Origin: a virus
Length of the DNA: 64,000 bases
Virus record (IMG/VR): IMGVR_UViG_3300028883_000033
Span: 1 to 64,000 of that record
Reading direction: 5' to 3' (one strand)
Part shown: one piece after another, positions 35,800-44,811 of the stretch
How the letters are laid out: every line of letters begins with the position of its first letter
Numbering within the stretch: the first letter of the stretch is position 1
Program-made: the position numbers and the translations under genes
Notes under the pieces: generated by a model
Told to the model about the DNA's origin: nothing
What the model saw: only the letters and a program-made list of their open reading frames with translations
The model's database searches: none

Positions 35800-38184
35800 T
35801 TATCCCGCAACTGGTGTCCAAATTAAACGGTTAGATTTAGAAGATCCTTTCCTCATCACTTCTTCGTGCTGATCTTGACTCTGAGCATTTCCTTTTTCGA
35901 TTGCGTTTAGAACGCCTTTATCTTCTTTGATGGCTTCCTGGATTTGTGTCATTCGAGCGATATCGTCTTTAACGGCAGTGAGGGTATCTAACTGTTTCTG
36001 TGTTAATTGATTTCCCATATCCTGCAGATCTTCATATTTCTTTTGTTCGGCATGCAGCTTCATCAGAACATCATCTAATCGGTGCCCCGTTCGTTCCCTC
36101 GTGGATAGTTGTGCAAATTCACTAACATCCATCTTTTTGCCGCTTGCCAACTTGAACTGTTCGGGGCCGAGTCCCAAGAATCCACTTTCTTGTGCTCTGA
36201 ACGTCGAAACACCCGTTCGTCCATACGTTTTAGCGATCTCGCTCATGACTTTGTCGTGAACAGCTTGTTCATGAGCTTGACGAACACGTTTTGCTTCAGG
36301 AGATTCAAATGGTTTGTCGTCGTCTTTATTTTTATCACTGAACATTGACCACAACATCGGACCGACGGTGGTTGCAATCAATCCAATTATACCACCACCG
36401 AGAACGATCCCAACTATTCTCCCCAACAACCCTTTGAGTAAATTGCCACCTAGGCCGGACATCAACTTTCCTGCTCCAGCTGCAAGGCCTCCAGCTGCTC
36501 CAGCTGCTACCAACGTTCCCAATGCTTTCATTATAGGGCCTGAGAGTAATGACTGAATCGTGTCGATTACGCCGAGCGTTTTACCGAGGATTTCATTCCT
36601 CTTTACAGCATGTTTGTCGATATCCTGTATCGCTTTATATTGTTCAGTATTGAGGTTAGCAAAGTCACTCTTCGGTCCAAGAAGATGTTCGAGCCCAGTC
36701 GTTTCTAACATCTGGGCAGTCATCATCTCAGACGCAAAACCTTCACCCATTCGCTGTCCTACAACTGTTTGTGCTTCTTTTTGTAGTTCCGCAAACCGCT
36801 CATAATCACCCTCACCACGCATACCACGCCGCATGATTACTGCCATCTCTTCGGCAGCTTGTCCGAATCCGAGAGCACCACCAACGGCCTGTAGTTTAGC
36901 CGCTTCTTTTAGACGTTCCTTAGGACTCTTTGCGCCCAACGCAGCCATCGCATCAACAACTTTCATTGCTTGCTCTTGCATCAGACCAAATGTGCGTAGA
37001 CGCAGAACGGTCTGTTGAATTTCCTGTGCATGTTGCACGCGTTGCTGACGGTTCAATCGGTATATTTGTTCGTTTACCGCTTGAGAAGATTCTAGCTGCT
37101 TGTTCATTTGGACAAACTCTTCAGCGGTCATGGAAAACACTTCATTGAATTGTTTGAACGTTCGGACTTGCGTGTCCATGAACGCTTGCATCTGAGCCTG
37201 GTTTCCAGCCCCAAAGCGCTGAGCCATTCCGAATGCACTTGCTTGAACGCGAACCGCATCACGTAACTCACCAGTCCATCCAGTCAATGCGAGTGATCCT
37301 TGTTCAGTTACCTCTCGGAAGCCATCCATTCCCAACCCGGATGCGTTAATGGTCTGGCGGTACTCTGCCATGTTTTGAGCCATTTCTTCGGGGTTCATAC
37401 CAGCCATGAACGCTGTCAATGAATCAGAAACTTCTGTTCCAAATCTTGCGGCAGGGCGGGCTGCTTCACCGAACGCATGTGTTAAGCCAGCAATGACGGT
37501 TCCTAGTGATGCGAACTTGTCAGTCAAACGCGACATAGAGTCGCCCAATCGACCCATGAACCCACCACGCATTTTATCATTCATTTTTTGCTGAATTTTT
37601 ATCCCTTCTTTCAGCTTTTTTTCGTACTTCTTGCGTTCAACGATTACTCGGTGGAGGGACTTGCCTTCTTGAGCAGCAAGGCGTTTTACCTGCGCTGCAT
37701 ACACTTGACGCTCTTCGAATGAGGCGGTATCCATCTTGTTCAGCAACTCAACAATCTCAGCTGCATTGGAAACTTCTTTGACGAACTTCATTACGTCTGC
37801 GTTTCCTCTGATAACCGTTTTACTGAACATCTCGGTTTGTTTGAGATGTTTCTGTAATGTCTCAGGAACCATCTCAAAATTCGCATAGTCCAGTTTATCT
37901 ACCGCATCCATGAATGATGATGCTAGTAATTTGGAGTGTATGCCGATATCCTTACTGAACGTGCCGATTCTCTGACTGGCGCTACTGAATGTCTTCATGG
38001 TAGCTTTATTCAATTCAGCCTCGGCTTTCTTGAGCTTCATCTCCTGAGCAATACGGTCAGCTTCCGTATCACTCAATTTGTCCATGGACTTTGATAAATT
38101 ATCCACGCCAATACCAAGGCTACCATCTCTGACGGCACCTTTGAGGACTCCAATCAATTCTTGCAGTTGTTGTTCTAAGGGCAT
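35800..38184 (-). CDS. Putative tape measure protein
   Basis: 794 aa, helical A/Q/M/G-rich, with a hydrophobic Gly-rich segment near the C-terminus; divergent from the gp26-like gene. Confidence 0.7.
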   Translation of the reverse strand: MPLEQQLQELIGVLKGAVRDGSLGIGVDNLSKSMDKLSDTEADRIAQEMKLKKAEAELNKATMKTFSSASQRIGTFSKDIGIHSKLLASSFMDAVDKLDYANFEMVPETLQKHLKQTEMFSKTVIRGNADVMKFVKEVSNAAEIVELLNKMDTASFEERQVYAAQVKRLAAQEGKSLHRVIVERKKYEKKLKEGIKIQQKMNDKMRGGFMGRLGDSMSRLTDKFASLGTVIAGLTHAFGEAARPAARFGTEVSDSLTAFMAGMNPEEMAQNMAEYRQTINASGLGMDGFREVTEQGSLALTGWTGELRDAVRVQASAFGMAQRFGAGNQAQMQAFMDTQVRTFKQFNEVFSMTAEEFVQMNKQLESSQAVNEQIYRLNRQQRVQHAQEIQQTVLRLRTFGLMQEQAMKVVDAMAALGAKSPKERLKEAAKLQAVGGALGFGQAAEEMAVIMRRGMRGEGDYERFAELQKEAQTVVGQRMGEGFASEMMTAQMLETTGLEHLLGPKSDFANLNTEQYKAIQDIDKHAVKRNEILGKTLGVIDTIQSLLSGPIMKALGTLVAAGAAGGLAAGAGKLMSGLGGNLLKGLLGRIVGIVLGGGIIGLIATTVGPMLWSMFSDKNKDDDKPFESPEAKRVRQAHEQAVHDKVMSEIAKTYGRTGVSTFRAQESGFLGLGPEQFKLASGKKMDVSEFAQLSTRERTGHRLDDVLMKLHAEQKKYEDLQDMGNQLTQKQLDTLTAVKDDIARMTQIQEAIKEDKGVLNAIEKGNAQSQDQHEEVMRKGSSKSNRLIWTPVAG

Positions 38185-38213
38185 TTACCAGTTTCCACGT
38201 ACAGTTACTGCCT

Positions 38214-38254
38214 TATTTATGGACAGGATCTCCGCGTTTTTGTGAGCATAAATA
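38214..38254. promoter_or_regulatory. Back-to-back late promoters CATAAATA (- at 38214-38221; + at 38247-38254)
   Basis: Direct motif match between divergent genes. Confidence 0.75.
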
Positions 38255-38285
38255 TTGCATATCAATATCAATAAGGAGATCCATA

Positions 38286-39098
38286 ATGGAAAACACCGAA
38301 TCAGCAGTGGAACAAAAGCCAACCAATCCTCTGCTTCAACGAATCAAAATGCCGGGTGAGACTTTCACTTTGCCATCAGGCGGTCTTTTCTATGAAGAAG
38401 GGGTCCTAGATCCGTCAGTGACTGGGGCTGAAATTCATGTTCATCCAATGACGACTCTGGATGAAATCACGATGAAAACGCCGGATCTACTGTTCAGTGG
38501 AAATGCCGTTCGTCAAGTATTTGCACGCTGCATTCCACAAATCCTGGATACGGACCGTTTGCTGACCAAAGATGTTGATTTTCTTTTAACATGTCTCCGG
38601 AAGGTATCATACGGCGATCAAATGAAGATTGAGTACACACACTCATGCCCAGATGCAAAACAACATTCATATAACGCTGACGTATCCCAGTTTATTCGTC
38701 AGTCAAAGCGAATCGATCCGACGACCGTATCTAGCATGTTCATGGTAGAATTCCCCAATGGACAGAAGGCTAAACTCCAGCCCGTAGTGTTTAAAGAATT
38801 CGTTCGTATCATGCAGACATTGAATGCTCAACACAATGACGAGTCGCCTGAGAACCTCAAGGACGAAGTTCTAGCTTCAGTTGCCGGAATGATCGTCAGT
38901 GTCGATGACACTGAAGATAAAGGCATGATCAGGGAGTGGCTGGAACAGGTTCCACCTCAATACATTACTATGATTAACAACAAAATTGAACAGGCGTCTG
39001 GTTGGGGAACTGATTTCGACGTTAAGGTGAAATGCAAGGATTGTGGTGAGGAGATCACAATATCAGCTCCACTGAACCCTCTGGCTTTTTTTACCTAA
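38286..39098 (+). CDS. Baseplate hub assembly / tail chaperone (gp26-like)
   Basis: LPS.G.FY, PMT..DEI..KTPD.L..G, DVD.LL..LR..SYG, CKDC, ends LAFFT. Confidence 0.8.
   Translation: MENTESAVEQKPTNPLLQRIKMPGETFTLPSGGLFYEEGVLDPSVTGAEIHVHPMTTLDEITMKTPDLLFSGNAVRQVFARCIPQILDTDRLLTKDVDFLLTCLRKVSYGDQMKIEYTHSCPDAKQHSYNADVSQFIRQSKRIDPTTVSSMFMVEFPNGQKAKLQPVVFKEFVRIMQTLNAQHNDESPENLKDEVLASVAGMIVSVDDTEDKGMIREWLEQVPPQYITMINNKIEQASGWGTDFDVKVKCKDCGEEITISAPLNPLAFFT
39086..39092 (+). other. Candidate -1 ribosomal slippery site T TTT TTT
   Basis: GCT TTT TTT ACC TAA; the -1 frame is open from here into ORF 39134..39322. Confidence 0.65.
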
Positions 39099-39133
39099 CG
39101 CTGAAATTCGGCCAACCGCAGGACGTTCAGGAT

Positions 39134-39322
39134 ATGTTTAAAGCCCTTGGAAGAGAAGTTGAAGATTTGATTGATGATGCTATTCAGATTTCATACTTTA
39201 TGCGGGGTGCAATATCATACGAAGGTGTTCTTGAGAGAACACCAGGTGAACGTCAGCGAATTGGAAAATTTATTGAAAAGAGATTGGATGCGGAGTCAAA
39301 AAGCCCGCATCCAATCTACTGA
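39134..39322 (+). CDS. gp51-like small chaperone, probably the C-terminal part of a frameshift product
   Basis: YFMRGAISYE.....P.ER..I motif; in the -1 frame relative to the upstream gene. Confidence 0.7.
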   Translation: MFKALGREVEDLIDDAIQISYFMRGAISYEGVLERTPGERQRIGKFIEKRLDAESKSPHPIY

Positions 39323-39331
39323 GTTTCAGCG

Positions 39332-40924
39332 TTATAGTATCTGATACCCTTCCCGCCACCATTTCGGGATCATTGCGTATGCATTTTTGTACAGATGTGC
39401 CCATGATTGGTCAAGAATGTATACGTTGCCCCAATCATCGGATGAGCGAACAACACGACCACCACCTTGGATGATATCAATCAGAGCACGGCGCTGATAC
39501 CATTCAGATGACATTTCCATCCGACGTTTGATCCACTGATCCCCAAGATACCCATAAGGGACTTTAACGAAGATGGCGAAACGGCCAAGCTCATCCTTCA
39601 GATCGAGACCCTCGGTACTAGATGGTGAAATCAGAACAGATGGTTTTGGATCACCCTGGAATGCTGTGATAACGGAATTACGATCATCACCGGAATCTGG
39701 GTTGTGGTGATACACTCTGTGTGACAGATCCAGCTCATCAACCAACCATTTTGCAATCTCGAAATTGCCAGTATGAATAATACCGGATTCCTTTTCATGC
39801 AGCTTGCATAATGTCGTAATTGATTCAAGCATATTAGCACGACCGTCTTCGTTCTCAGGCTGCTTCCACTTAGCGTTCATGCGAGCTTTTGGCATGTAGT
39901 AAACAGGACGGTTTTCTGGATCAAATTCAGATGACAGAGAAAGGTATGCCGCATCTTCTTCTGGAATGCCAAGGTCTTCACAGAATCCATCTTTATTGAG
40001 AATGGTGGAAGACATGAACAGGAATTTGTCTGCCATCGGCATTACGATGCGTCTAAATGAATACTCACCTGTCAGCCGCTTGAACTGGAACATCGTTTTG
40101 TCCCATGTGAGAACAAACTGAGATGTCAGTCCTTCAATTGGCATCAATGACATCTCCATCGCCTCATCAGCATGATCCTGCAGGCCAGCAAATTCACGCA
40201 ACTTGCGGATTTCAGACTTGGTTAAGTCAGTTCCTGCCTTGTCAAAAAGCGGTTCCACCTCATCCTCAAGTTTTTTGAGTGCGTCATTTAATTTGGGTAC
40301 ATATTGTTCTTTGAGCCATTCATGTGCCTTGACAATGTCTTTGAATGGTTTGTAGGGAAGTGCATACTTAGTGCACCGGCCTTCCATTACTTTGAATGCA
40401 TCAAAATCAACCAAATGCTGTTCCAGAGTATGGCACTCGTCCATTACCATGACACTACGTTTATTAAATGTCTTGGTGTATGCAAAGGACGTTAATGCGA
40501 GTTTGTAATTCAACACGGTATCAGATGCTACCTGAGCCAGCTTCTTTGCTTTTTGGAATGGGCAATTAGGGCAACGTGGCTTTACAATACCGCCAATGTC
40601 GCAAGTCGTTTTCTTTGGCTGACAAGCGTAATTTCCTTTGCCATACAAAGATGCCATGAATACCGGATCTATGTCTCGGACTGAGTTCTCGTATTGCTCT
40701 TGGAGGATACGCTGTGGGGTAAGGATGTATGAGTCGCCTCGTGTCTTTTGATGACGAGACCCCCTGTATTGGGAATATGTCAGACCTATATTCGATTTAC
40801 CAGCTCCAACCGGTGCTTCAAGTAATAGGTACTTGGCGTCTTGTTCTGCTAACCAATTAAGTGCTAGCTTCTGGTTTTCACGTGGCTCATATGGAAAAGG
40901 CCAAAAATCTAATATATCTGACAC
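39332..40924 (-). CDS. DinG/XPD-family (Fe-S) DNA helicase
   Basis: EPRENQ Q-motif, EAPVGAGKS, GKGNYAC..C..C..CPF, DECH, EGLDL, KVPY, QGGGRVVRS.DDWG; start re-called to GTG 40924 (GGGGAG SD). Confidence 0.9.
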   Translation of the reverse strand: MSDILDFWPFPYEPRENQKLALNWLAEQDAKYLLLEAPVGAGKSNIGLTYSQYRGSRHQKTRGDSYILTPQRILQEQYENSVRDIDPVFMASLYGKGNYACQPKKTTCDIGGIVKPRCPNCPFQKAKKLAQVASDTVLNYKLALTSFAYTKTFNKRSVMVMDECHTLEQHLVDFDAFKVMEGRCTKYALPYKPFKDIVKAHEWLKEQYVPKLNDALKKLEDEVEPLFDKAGTDLTKSEIRKLREFAGLQDHADEAMEMSLMPIEGLTSQFVLTWDKTMFQFKRLTGEYSFRRIVMPMADKFLFMSSTILNKDGFCEDLGIPEEDAAYLSLSSEFDPENRPVYYMPKARMNAKWKQPENEDGRANMLESITTLCKLHEKESGIIHTGNFEIAKWLVDELDLSHRVYHHNPDSGDDRNSVITAFQGDPKPSVLISPSSTEGLDLKDELGRFAIFVKVPYGYLGDQWIKRRMEMSSEWYQRRALIDIIQGGGRVVRSSDDWGNVYILDQSWAHLYKNAYAMIPKWWREGYQIL

Positions 40925-41086
40925 CGAAAAGGTCTCCCCGAATAGTTCTTTAATTTCCGAGATTTTACCGCAAAACTCCCGCAAAGACCACAAGAAAAAT
41001 TTCAGGCAGAATAGGAAATACTCACTGCGTTCGCATTTCCTATTCGTCGTAGAACTAATCAATACCTAAGTTTTATTAAAGTATGA

Positions 41087-41282
41087 CCGCCCCCTTTATG
41101 ACCCCAAGTGTCAAAGGAAATACGGGCTCGTAAATCGGTATCCCCTGTCCAGTTTATCGCTCCGAGTACTGGCAAACGGTTGGGTCTCTCATAAACTGAA
41201 GCACAGTAATACCCACAACTGCTTCAGACCTCACACTATGGTCTCCCTATTAGTGGCGGCGCTCCTCATAACGTAGAGGCGG
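41087..41282 (-). ncRNA. Putative structured non-coding RNA or origin-like element (unassigned)
   Basis: ORF-free gap with a long-range closing stem and about 5 internal hairpins; G-U pairs favour the - strand. Confidence 0.4.
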
Positions 41283-41317
41283 ACGGAATCTTTTTACAAC
41301 TCGTTCTCGTTCAGATT

Positions 41318-41713
41318 TTAGTGCGACATAGCCGCAAGTTTTGGAACAAAATGGGATTTCTTCTCTTCAGGTGGGGTCTCTTCTTCGAGTTCTTCTTGTC
41401 TTATGACTTCTAGTTTCTGTTCTATCATATCGTGGATGTTGGGATAGACATCTTCCTGTTTGATGCCTAGTCCTTTGCGAATGACTGGCTGCTCCACATC
41501 TTTTCCATTCTTAGTGATGGTTTTAATTTCTTTGTGGTCTTTGTTCCAGTAATTCCTGCAGCGTTCACTTTCGTATGCTAGATACTCCAGATCAGCTAAA
41601 GACAGCTCATCCATGTGCTGTTCTGCAAAGTTGAGAATATTGATCCAATAAGTTAGAGAAGGAGTGAGATTATTAGGTTGGACAACTTCGGAAATCTCAT
41701 CCCTCCAACCCAT
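41318..41713 (-). CDS. Hypothetical protein
   Basis: Start re-called to MGWRDEI, 1 nt after the FmdB stop. Confidence 0.65.
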   Translation of the reverse strand: MGWRDEISEVVQPNNLTPSLTYWINILNFAEQHMDELSLADLEYLAYESERCRNYWNKDHKEIKTITKNGKDVEQPVIRKGLGIKQEDVYPNIHDMIEQKLEVIRQEELEEETPPEEKKSHFVPKLAAMSH

Positions 41714-41714
41714 G

Positions 41715-41906
41715 TCAGGATCCGTATCTCGAAGTTGGTCGGTGGACGCCTCGTCCGTTGATTCTAAACCCGCCAGCAGGCTGGACCACACGCTTGAGAG
41801 TTTCTTTGTTGCACTTATCGCAGTGTGTGAGAGGGTCGTCTTTCATAGACTGAGTTGTTTCAAACTCATGTCCACAGTTTTCACATTTGTAGACGTATGT
41901 CGCCAT
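41715..41906 (-). CDS. FmdB-family zinc-ribbon protein
   Basis: Y.YKCENCGHEFE..QSM.D..LT.CDKC..LKRV. Confidence 0.92.
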   Translation of the reverse strand: MATYVYKCENCGHEFETTQSMKDDPLTHCDKCNKETLKRVVQPAGGFRINGRGVHRPTSRYGS

Positions 41907-41962
41907 ATGTTCTATTTCCTCTATTCAAATCGCTCTTATTTACAAGCGAATCTCTATTTTTA

Positions 41963-42445
41963 TCAATCTTGTTGTTCTTCTGTGGATTTTCCAATCCAAT
42001 ATGCATCGGATAAATCCTGAAGTCCGGTCGTCTTTCTTACGCCAAGCGCATCGAACTCCTGCCGAACCTCGTGTGGCAACGCATCAACCATATCGTCCTT
42101 TGATGCATTTCCCTTGCCAGTTGCTGTCTTTTTTACAGTATTTGGCGGGATGATGACAACATGATAATCGTCAATAAACCGCAATACTGTAATAATCGCT
42201 GACTGCAAACCAGCCAAATCACGGGTTGCGTTACCGTTTTTTGCGAACGCTAACCCTTCTAACGCGATGATATCAGGCTTACAATTGAGTGCTATTGCAC
42301 GCAGATGCTCGACTAAGTCCCAAGCGCGTTCATAAATGTCTTTCGTTTTATCAGTGACAAAACGCTCACAGTAGTGCATTTTGCCATCATTCAGAACTAC
42401 AATCCCACATGAAGTGTAACTCTGGTCTATAGCTAGTATTTTCAT
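41963..42445 (-). CDS. ruvC: RuvC-like Holliday junction resolvase
   Basis: ILAIDQS...G, IALEG, P..VKK..TGKGNASKDDM, DLSDAY. Confidence 0.9.
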   Translation of the reverse strand: MKILAIDQSYTSCGIVVLNDGKMHYCERFVTDKTKDIYERAWDLVEHLRAIALNCKPDIIALEGLAFAKNGNATRDLAGLQSAIITVLRFIDDYHVVIIPPNTVKKTATGKGNASKDDMVDALPHEVRQEFDALGVRKTTGLQDLSDAYWIGKSTEEQQD

Positions 42446-42467
42446 ACTAGCTATTTAAGTGTAACCC

Positions 42468-42791
42468 TTAAAGGATACTCATCGCGCGATTATACGCGTC
42501 AATCAATTCCTTGGAATTTCGATCAACTCTCAGTGGATTGAACCGTATAACAAACGTACGTTCGCTGGATGGAACATCAGTCCACCACCACATAATCTCA
42601 ACGCTAGCTTCGGGTGTGTAATCAAATGTAACCTTTGCATCGAACGTTGGATGATCTTCCTGAATATCCACCAATGTCATCATCGTTGTTGAGTTCATGG
42701 CCGTGCATGTGCTGGGGTCAGAAAAGTTTGACCACCCAAATGTGCTAAGCTCTGCTAGTAACCGTTTAATCACCGTATCTTCAAAGTTCAT
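42468..42791 (-). CDS. Hypothetical protein ending AYNRAMSIL
   Basis: 107 aa, ATGA overlap with the upstream gene. Confidence 0.7.
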   Translation of the reverse strand: MNFEDTVIKRLLAELSTFGWSNFSDPSTCTAMNSTTMMTLVDIQEDHPTFDAKVTFDYTPEASVEIMWWWTDVPSSERTFVIRFNPLRVDRNSKELIDAYNRAMSIL

Positions 42792-43015
42792 AATACGCTC
42801 ATCGCCCTCTCATATGCCTCTGCCAAATCATCCTTTTCTAGGATTACATCAACCACATGATCTTCATGATCGGTGCACACCCATCGGTTGTGCTCGCTCT
42901 TATAATAGAACTCACCATTGTTGGTATTGTACCAAATGTGTCCAAGAGGAGCATCTTTCGGTGGGGTTGGCCCAGTGGCTGGTGGCATTGGTAAAACTGA
43001 CATGTCAATCCTCAA
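42788..43015 (-). CDS. Hypothetical protein ending AYERAMSVL
   Basis: About 70-75 aa; true start may be ATG 43003 (GAGG SD). Confidence 0.65.
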   Translation of the reverse strand: MRIDMSVLPMPPATGPTPPKDAPLGHIWYNTNNGEFYYKSEHNRWVCTDHEDHVVDVILEKDDLAEAYERAMSVL

Positions 43016-44771
43016 ACTTTACATAACTAAAGCCTTTCGACATCTGGATTGTCATTCGGTGATCAAACGCACTATCAATCTCATCGCGGTGCGAGATCAC
43101 ATACATTGACAAACCTTCATCTCTGGCTTTGTGTTTAAGCATTCGAGCGGCTGCCTGTACACCTATGGCATCAAGTCCTACGTCCAGTACCTCATCCAAC
43201 ATGCAAACGTTGATGTGATCGTGAATGCTTTGCAGCACGTCTCTAAATGCAAACGATAATGCAATATTTACGCGAGCCCTCTGACCGTTTGACAAGTTAC
43301 CAAAATCAAGCGGTCGACCAAACTGTGAAATGCTAGCTGTCATCTCATGAGTAAACTCAACGGTATGAGATAACCCCAGCTGTGTTAGGTAATGTTGCAG
43401 GCGTTGGTTAAGGAATGGAATATTCTTATTAAGCAAAGCCTTACGAACGAAACTATCCTTCTTTGTTAGGAGTTTGAGCAGAAACTTCTGATGCTCGACA
43501 TACTTGGTGAGTTCGTTGATCTTGCTCATGTCAATCTCGTCCAACTCAACATCTTCAAGTTCCTGTAACGGTTCCAGGAAAGGATTCTGAGCTTTACGTA
43601 ATGTTTCCAAGCGAGTTCTGTATTGGTCTTGTTTTCCTCTGATATCCATCAGTTCTTTCAAGTTCATGACAGTAATCTTGCTTTTGATCTCCTTGTGCAA
43701 GCTAGCCTTTACTTCAACAGTATCTTCCGCTTCTGTTAATGTTTCCTCTACGACAGCCATCTTTCCCGTTAACTCAGATACAATTTCTTCGTTCTCGGTG
43801 ATCTTAGCTTCAGCATCTTCATATTTCTGTAGGCAGTAAGGACATTTAGCATCACGGAGATGTTCAAGTTCGCCATTGACTTTTTTGAGTTTCTTTTCAA
43901 TGTCGGTGATCAGCTTCTCTGCCTTTTGATGCTCCCCGATAGCCTCTCGCAGTTCAGCATCAGCAGAGGTTAGCTCCTCGTGCAGCTTGCTCTGTTCATC
44001 AAAATCAATATCAGCTATTTTTGCGAGTTTGGCTTCAATTTCCTCAATCTCTTGATGGTTTTGAGATTGCCAATTAAGGACACGACGTTCGGCAGACTCG
44101 AGCTGCTTCTCATGCCGGTCGTGTTCTTTTTTGAGCTGATCTACCCGAGCTTTGTGCATCTCGAGGGCTTGTTCTTTCTCCCTGATCTGCTCTTTTAATA
44201 TGGAGGCCTTCTCCGACAACGTCTTTAGGTCAAACAGCTCCTCAATAATATCCGTCTGATTTGCTGCATAAGGCGACCTAACTGGGAGATCAAGGAAAGG
44301 TGTATGCGTTGCGGAGAAGGCCACAATCCTTACGAACAATTCGTAAGGTATTCCTATGATCTTTTCAATCGCCGCATTCGTATTGCTGACGCTGTCGGGC
44401 GTAACATCCTTTCCGTCTTCGAAAAGATGAACGTGATTGCCTGCAGCTCCAGCTTTTGTTTTACGAGCTCGAACGACTGTATAGGTTTTACCGTCTTTTT
44501 GGAATTCAACGGTAACTTCCATATTCTTCTTGTTGATGTTATTTACAAGATTGTCTTTGGATATGTTCGATACGGGTTTATCATACACTGCGTATACTAG
44601 TGCATTGAGCAGCACCGTTTTCCCAACACCATTGGCGCCAGTTCCGGTTGATGTGTTATCAAGATCCTCGCCAACAACAAGCGTAGTGCCGGGGCGATCA
44701 AGTACTATGGTAGTTGGCACATTACCATAACTAAGAAAGTTCTTTATCACAATTGATGTAAATTTGATCAT
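43005..44771 (-). CDS. Recombination endonuclease ATPase subunit (gp46 / SbcC / Rad50-like)
   Basis: KNFLSYGN, GANGVGKT, coiled coil with CPYC hook, LSNGQ, LDE, ISH. Confidence 0.96.
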   Translation of the reverse strand: MIKFTSIVIKNFLSYGNVPTTIVLDRPGTTLVVGEDLDNTSTGTGANGVGKTVLLNALVYAVYDKPVSNISKDNLVNNINKKNMEVTVEFQKDGKTYTVVRARKTKAGAAGNHVHLFEDGKDVTPDSVSNTNAAIEKIIGIPYELFVRIVAFSATHTPFLDLPVRSPYAANQTDIIEELFDLKTLSEKASILKEQIREKEQALEMHKARVDQLKKEHDRHEKQLESAERRVLNWQSQNHQEIEEIEAKLAKIADIDFDEQSKLHEELTSADAELREAIGEHQKAEKLITDIEKKLKKVNGELEHLRDAKCPYCLQKYEDAEAKITENEEIVSELTGKMAVVEETLTEAEDTVEVKASLHKEIKSKITVMNLKELMDIRGKQDQYRTRLETLRKAQNPFLEPLQELEDVELDEIDMSKINELTKYVEHQKFLLKLLTKKDSFVRKALLNKNIPFLNQRLQHYLTQLGLSHTVEFTHEMTASISQFGRPLDFGNLSNGQRARVNIALSFAFRDVLQSIHDHINVCMLDEVLDVGLDAIGVQAAARMLKHKARDEGLSMYVISHRDEIDSAFDHRMTIQMSKGFSYVKFED

Positions 44772-44811
44772 TCCCCTAAATCAACCCTTTTTATTGTCGT
44801 CGTTTTTTGGG

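Noticed and set aside
40925-41062. N-terminal 46 aa of the helicase as given in the ORF track
   Set aside because: TTG start without SD; GTG 40924 has a GGGGAG SD and sits just before the Q-motif.
40925-41317. tRNA, tmRNA or group I intron in the long intergenic gap
   Set aside because: No cloverleaf or T-loop (GTTCRA), no interrupted gene and no recognisable intron core; kept only as an unassigned structured element.
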